Part shown: positions 59,263 to 64,000 of the stretch, in pieces | Layout of the letters: each line of letters begins with the position of its first letter | Position numbering within the stretch: the stretch's first letter is position 1 | Assembly (NCBI GenBank): GCA_963826605.1 | Contig: CAWGXN010000004.1 | Span: forward strand, 4,239-68,238 | DNA from: an uncultured Alphaproteobacteria bacterium | Lineage (GTDB): Bacteria; Pseudomonadota; Alphaproteobacteria; MPNO01; DASWLB01 | DNA length: 64,000 nucleotides | Direction: 5' to 3' | Position numbers and translations under genes: made by a program | The notes under the pieces: model-generated | The model's database searches: none | Seen by the model: only the letters and a program-made list of their open reading frames with translations | What the model was told of the DNA's origin: nothing

Positions 59263-59405
59263 CCCCTCACCCTGTCCCTCTCCCCATGGGAGAGGGAACG
59301 TCGCGTCGCCCGTCCTGCGACAGCGGCAGCAGCGGGACCTCGACAGGCGAGAACGCTATAGCCCCAGCGTCCCCTCCCCCTTGGGAGAGGGACAGGGTGA
59401 GGGGG
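59263..59405. repeat. MITE-like unit: 22-bp perfect terminal inverted repeats of family-1 sequence around ~98 bp
   Basis: cccctcaccctgtccctctccc at 59263-59284 is the reverse complement of gggagagggacagggtgagggg at 59383-59404. Confidence 0.55.
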
Positions 59406-59463
59406 CAGATGTCGGACGCATCGCAAGCAGCAGGGACGAACGGAAAGAGGGCGACGGCGCCTT

Positions 59464-59877
59464 CTAGACCGGCCGGGTGCCGGCGTGGGACGAGAGGATG
59501 GTGACGCGGTAGCCCGCCGGATCGGAGAGCTCGAACCGGTCGTGGATGCGCCCGCGGGCCATGCGGCCCGGCCGAAAGCCCTGCGCGGCGCAGTGGTCGC
59601 GCATCGCGTCCACGTCGTCGACGATGAAGTCGAACGGCGCCTCGGCGCCCGCAGCGATCGGCTCGTCCGCACGGGTGAGGACGATATGCGTCCCGCCGCG
59701 CAGCTCCATCACCGCGAAATCGGCCTGGCGCACGATCGGCCGCACGCCCAGCGCCTCCAGCCAGTCGGCCTCGGCGGGAACGTCCGGCACCGCATGCACG
59801 ACATGGCCGATGGCGACGGCGGGACGCGGATCTGCGGTTTTCGGCGCGGTCTGGGCGGCTGTGCGGGTGGCGGGCAT
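59464..59877 (-). CDS. VOC (glyoxalase/bleomycin-resistance fold) family protein
   Basis: 137 aa. It reads IGHVVHAVPDV...MELRGGTHIVL...FELSDPAGYRVTI. Confidence 0.7.
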   Translation of the reverse strand: MPATRTAAQTAPKTADPRPAVAIGHVVHAVPDVPAEADWLEALGVRPIVRQADFAVMELRGGTHIVLTRADEPIAAGAEAPFDFIVDDVDAMRDHCAAQGFRPGRMARGRIHDRFELSDPAGYRVTILSSHAGTRPV

Positions 59878-59986
59878 GGCTCCCTCCCGGAGGTGTCGCG
59901 CCTAAGAGTTAATACCTTCCGGCGCGGCGGGGAAGCGGGGAAGGGGACAGCCTTACCTGACACGAGGCCTCGATATCGAGCCACAC

Positions 59987-60063
59987 GTCATCGCGAGCCC
60001 GCGCAGCAAGCGTGGCGATCAGGGAAGCCTGGATTGCTTCGTCGCTGCCCTCCTCGCAATGAC
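59987..60063. repeat. Family-2 palindromic element (gtcatcgcgag...ctggattgcttcg...ctcgcaatgac), copy A
   Basis: The arms are self-complementary. It has the same orientation and ends as the copy at 61631-61702. Confidence 0.55.
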
Positions 60064-60158
60064 AAATCCTTTGGAACGGGCGGCCCAGGGGAAGATGCTC
60101 GGCGACCTGTACCGGGCGGGGCGGCGGTGGTTTAATCCCGCCGGAGGAAACGCCCAGG

Positions 60159-61607
60159 ATGAATCAGACGACGCCTCCGCCCGCCGGGCAAGCCGGCTGG
60201 CTCGAGCTGTTCCGCGGCCGGCTCGGGCTCTACACCGTGCTGCTCAATTTCGGAATCCTGTTCTTCGGGATGGATTCGTTCGTGGTGAACACGCTGATGC
60301 CGCAGATCGTCGCGGATATCGGCGGGGTGGCCTATTACGCCTGGGCGATGATGCTTTACGTCGTCGGCGCCATCGTCGGCTCGGCGGCCTATGGGCCGCT
60401 GCGCGGCCGGGTGGGCGGGCGCAAGGCGCTGGCGCTGGATGGCGCGATCTTCTGCATCGGCGCGCTCGGCTGCTCGGTCGCGCCCAACATGCCGGCGCTC
60501 CTGGTCGCGCGGCTGTTCCAGGGGCTCGGCGGCGGCGGCATCGTCGCCGGGGCGATGGCGTTCATCGCCGCGCTCTACGCGCCCCGGCTGCGCACCCGCG
60601 CCATCGCCTTCACCAGCGTCACCTGGATCGGATCGGCCCTGCTGGGGCCGGTGATCGGCGGGGTGTTCGGCGAGATCGGCTGGTGGCGCGGCGCGTACTG
60701 GCTCTACGTGCCGTTCGGCATCGCGTTCCTGGCGGGGGTGTGGTGGCGCATCCCCGAGAGCGCCGACCCGCCGCGCGCCGGCGCCCAGCCGCTGCGCTTC
60801 CCGATCTGGCGGCTGGTCCTGCTCGGGCTCGGGGTGATGTGCGTCGGCAGCGCCGGGCATGCCGGCTCCGACGCGGGGCGCGTGGCGCTGGTCGCGGCGG
60901 CGGGGGCGATCGTCTGGGCCGCCTTCCGGCGCGACGCCGGGGCCGACAACCGGCTGTTTCCGTCGCGCCCGCTGTCGCTCAACGGCCAGGTCGGGCTCGG
61001 CTACTGGGGACTGATCCTGATCACCGCGCCCTATGTCGCCGTGTCGATCTATCTGCCGCTGGTGCTCAGCGTGCTGCACCACATCCCGCCGCTCTATGTC
61101 GGGTTCGTCAACGCGATGATGTCGATCGGCTGGTCGCTGGCGGCGGCGCTGGTGGCCGGCATCCATGGCGGGCGCGAGCGCTGGCTGATGACCTCGGGCC
61201 CGCTGTTCCTGCTGGCCGGCTCGCTGGGCCTCGCGGCGGTGACGTCGCTCGGCGGGCACCTCGCCGTGGTTGCCGCGCTCGCCGTGCTGTGCGGGCTCGG
61301 GATCGGCATGTTCTACGTGCACATGACGGCGAAGATCATGTCCGCGGCCCTGCCGGGCGAGGAATCGATCACCGCCTCGTCGCTCTCCACCATCCGGTCG
61401 CTCGGCCAGGCGTTCGGCTCGGCGCTGGGCGGCACGGTGGCGAACGTCGCGGGGCTGGCGAGCGTGGCGACGGCGGCGACCGTGGCGCCCGCCGTGACGG
61501 CGGTCTATCTGGTGAACACCATCCCGCTCGCCCTCGGGGCGATGGTGGTTTGGCGGTTCTTCCGCGTCCAGTCGGCCCGGCCGGCCCTGCAGCCCGCGGG
61601 GGAGTGA
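60159..61607 (+). CDS. MFS transporter (14-TMS DHA2-like)
   Basis: 482 aa and intact. It reads FGMDSFVVNTLMPQI...LVARLFQGLGGGG. Confidence 0.85.
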   Translation: MNQTTPPPAGQAGWLELFRGRLGLYTVLLNFGILFFGMDSFVVNTLMPQIVADIGGVAYYAWAMMLYVVGAIVGSAAYGPLRGRVGGRKALALDGAIFCIGALGCSVAPNMPALLVARLFQGLGGGGIVAGAMAFIAALYAPRLRTRAIAFTSVTWIGSALLGPVIGGVFGEIGWWRGAYWLYVPFGIAFLAGVWWRIPESADPPRAGAQPLRFPIWRLVLLGLGVMCVGSAGHAGSDAGRVALVAAAGAIVWAAFRRDAGADNRLFPSRPLSLNGQVGLGYWGLILITAPYVAVSIYLPLVLSVLHHIPPLYVGFVNAMMSIGWSLAAALVAGIHGGRERWLMTSGPLFLLAGSLGLAAVTSLGGHLAVVAALAVLCGLGIGMFYVHMTAKIMSAALPGEESITASSLSTIRSLGQAFGSALGGTVANVAGLASVATAATVAPAVTAVYLVNTIPLALGAMVVWRFFRVQSARPALQPAGE

Positions 61608-61630
61608 GGGCGGGGCCGGAAGCTGCTTCC

Positions 61631-61702
61631 GTCATCGCGAGCGCAGCGACGCGATCCACGGCGATTCCTGGATTGCTTCGGCGCTCTGCGCCTCGCAATG
61701 AC
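61631..61702. repeat. Family-2 palindromic element, copy B
   Basis: gtcatcgcgagcgcagcgacgcgatccacggcgattcctggattgcttcggcgctctgcgcctcgcaatgac. Confidence 0.55.
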
Positions 61703-61728
61703 GCACAAGGAAAGGAAGTGCGGCTGGG

Positions 61729-62934
61729 CTACCGCAGCATCCCGGCGCGGCGCAGCGAGGCGATCATCGAGGTCTCGAGCAGCATGGCGCGGGTCGCCTC
61801 GGGGTCGGATTCCATCTTGCGCCAGCGGTCGAACTGCGCCTCGCGGGCGTCCGGGTCGGTTTCCTTCAGCGCCTTCACGTTGCGCTCGGTCTGGCGGTGG
61901 ATGTCGTCGATCGCCTCCGGCCGGCGCTTCGCCTCGTAGCCGTCGAGCGTGCGGCTCGTCGGCGCCTCCATGCCAGACGGCGGCAAGCCGGCCGGTCAAA
62001 TCGAGCGCGTCGTGCAGCCCGCCATTCATCCCCATCCCGCCCTTGGGGTTGTTGAGGTGGGCGGCGTCGCCGGCGAGGAACACGCGCCCCTGGCGGTAGG
62101 TGTCGGCGACGCGCTGGTGCACGGTGTAGACCGCCTTGACCGGGATCTCGGGGAAGGCCACGCCCGGCATCAGCGCGGTGAGGCGCTTCTCGATCTCCGC
62201 GTCCGACTTCGCCTCCTCGTCCGACATTTCGTCATAGACCGGCGTCGACATGCGCCACAAATCGGGGATGCGCAGTATGTGGCCGTAATAGACCGGGTCG
62301 GTGACGTAGTTGACGTTGGCGATCTCGGGGAAGATGGACCGGAAATCGGTCGTCGTGCCGATCACCAGGATGCGCTCGGGATAGGTGAGGCCCGGGAACT
62401 CGATCCCCAGCGCCTTGCGCACGGTCGACCGCCCGCCATCGGCGCCGATGACCCAGTCGGCGGCAAGGGTGCGCGTCCCGTCCGGCCCGGCGAGGGTGAG
62501 CGTCACCTTGTCCTCGTCCTGGTCGAGCGCCGTGACCGCGTGGCCGTAGAGCAGCTCGACCCCCGGCAGGCGCGACAGCTCGCCGTGCAGCCATTGGGCG
62601 AGCTTGTACTGCTCGCACTGCAGCCGGTAGGGGTGGCGCGTGTCCTTCGCCAGCACGCCGTGGTCGAACTCGGCGATCTTGCCGGCCTGCCAGTCGCGGT
62701 ACTGCACGATGGGGCAGGGGATGCCCATCGCGACCAGCGCCGTCGGAGATGCCGCAACTCCTCGAGCACGTCCAGCGTCGCCGCGTGGAAGGTCGAGGCG
62801 CGATAATCGACCAGCACCTCGCGCTCGCGCTCGATCACGGTGACGGGCACGCCCTTCTGCGCCAGCAGATACGCGGCGGTGAGCCCCACGGGCCCGCCGC
62901 CGACGATGGCGATGCGGTCAGATTTCTTGTCCAT
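61729..62934 (-). CDS. FAD-dependent aromatic-type monooxygenase (frame breaks near 62750 and 61980)
   Basis: Reads RIAIVGGGPVGLTAAYLLAQKG, then GIPCPIVQYRDW..VIGADGGRSTVRK..FLAGDAAHLNNPKGGMGMNGGLHDA, then EAPTSRTLDGYEAKRRP.. Confidence 0.8.
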
Positions 62935-63097
62935 GTCGCTTCGTGTCACACCAAATTCTTGTTTGACGCCGTTCGTCCTGAGTACCTCGCGCAGCAGGGT
63001 GCATCGAAGGGCGAACGCGCCGGAACCTCGGCATGTTCGTACTTCGATACGCGCCCGCGCCAGGCGCGGTCGCTACCCAGCCCGAACGGACAAGCTT

Positions 63098-64000
63098 TCA
63101 AGGTGCAGCACCCGGCGCGGTCCTCAGCCCTTTCCGTTCCAGCCGGGGCAGCACCTCGTCGCGGAAATAGGGGAAGTCGTCGAGATAATTGGCGAACCCC
63201 ATGGCGAGGGCGGAGATGTCGAGCCCGGCGAGGCGGGCCATCTTCTCTGCCACCATGTCGGGATCGCCGATGACGGGCCAGGCGCCGTTGCCGCCGCCCG
63301 CGCGCACGCGGAAGGCGCGGCGCGCCGAATTCGGGCACGTTCTCGCGGTCGAGCCCGCGCTCGACCACCATGGTCTCGACCGCGTCCTTGTCCGCCATCT
63401 CGACCGCGTACCAGTGGTGGTAGTCCTCGGCCTCCTTCGCGGTCGGGCGGCAGACGACGTAGACGTTGGTGAACACGCCGATCTCGCGCTTGTGCGCCGC
63501 CGCCGCGCGCTTGAGGTCGGCGACGTCGACCGCCACCTCGTCCTCGTCGACCCGGATGGCGGTGAACAGCATGTCGGCGTTGCGCGCCGCGAAATCCTTG
63601 CCGTCGCCCGAGCGTCCGGCCGAGACCAGCATCGGCCGCTCGCGACCCCAGGGCTTCGGCTCCATCACCGTCTTCTTCAGCTGGAAGAAGCGGCCGGGAT
63701 AGTCGAACGGCGCGTCCTCCGTCCAGCAGCGCGTGATGATGTCGACCCATTCCTGGCCCAGCACGTAGCGGTCGTCATGCGTGCCGAGATCGACGCCCAG
63801 CATGTCGAACTCGTCCTGGTACCAGCCGCAGACGATGTTGAGGCCGAACCGGCCGCGTCCGATATGGTCGGCGGTCACCATCTGCTTGGCGGCGACGACC
63901 GGGTTGATCGCGGTGACGTGGACGGTGCCGAAGGCCATGATCTGCTGCGTGGCGGCCAGCAGGCCCGAAGCCCAGGTCAGGGTCTCGAAGCTCGCCCCGT
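63098..64000 (-). CDS. LLM-class (luciferase-like) flavin-dependent oxidoreductase. The 5' end lies beyond the window and there is a frame break near 63310
   Basis: Reads ..GASFETLTWASGLLAATQQIMAFGTVHV...GRGRFGLNIVCGW, then VRAGGGNGAWPVIGDPDMVAEKMARLAGLDISALAMGF..VLPRLERKG. Confidence 0.75.

Noticed and set aside
1-64000. Search for rRNA, tRNA, tmRNA, riboswitch-like leaders (for example upstream of the TonB receptor, cimA and amt) and reverse-transcriptase/retron or DGR components
   Set aside because: I recognised no cloverleaf-compatible segments, no rRNA-like conserved blocks, no B12-box or other riboswitch cores and no RT motifs. Absence judged by eye is weak evidence and should be confirmed with tRNAscan-SE and Infernal.

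Overview
Composite, very GC-rich window with no rRNA, tRNA or CRISPR array seen.

(1) Positions 1 to ~15.54 kb are a foreign-looking island segment. It holds a left-edge operon ending in an Rx4H HEPN protein and an AbiEi/AbiEii-like pair with a broken nucleotidyltransferase. It also holds a mobilisation module: an intact TraD/VirD4-like ATPase, a heavily frameshifted replication-relaxation gene and a small basic protein. The main feature is a translationally coupled minus-strand operon, Z1 - DUF4420-type PD-(D/E)XK - AIPR - Dcm - Vsr. This is an Mza-like, mechanistically uncharacterised, methylase-linked defence cluster. Its expected upstream ATPase gene is reduced to about 25 codons.

(2) At ~15.52-15.55 kb this segment abuts a truncated EamA transporter gene. 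Both genes are cut and there is no att site or integrase.

(3) The remaining ~48 kb looks like alphaproteobacterial chromosome:
- DUF2125, a CheY-like regulator, an orphan TRAP binding protein and a Rieske oxygenase
- a TonB receptor - YfiR - hybrid histidine kinase triad
- DUF3500 plus an acyl-CoA-dehydrogenase-like gene, and a membrane/ATP-grasp fusion beside MarR
- glgA, MscS and Amt
- LigD split into three genes
- xfp-ackA next to a transaldolase-transketolase triple fusion
- DAHP synthase, nadE, gltX, cysS, cimA, trmJ, an MFS transporter and flavin monooxygenases

Two dispersed GC-rich palindromic repeat families and one 176-bp tandem duplication of a structured element occupy intergenic gaps on the chromosomal side only.

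I count about 25 frame disruptions by eye. Most are probably assembly indels in G/C runs, so pseudogene calls are provisional.
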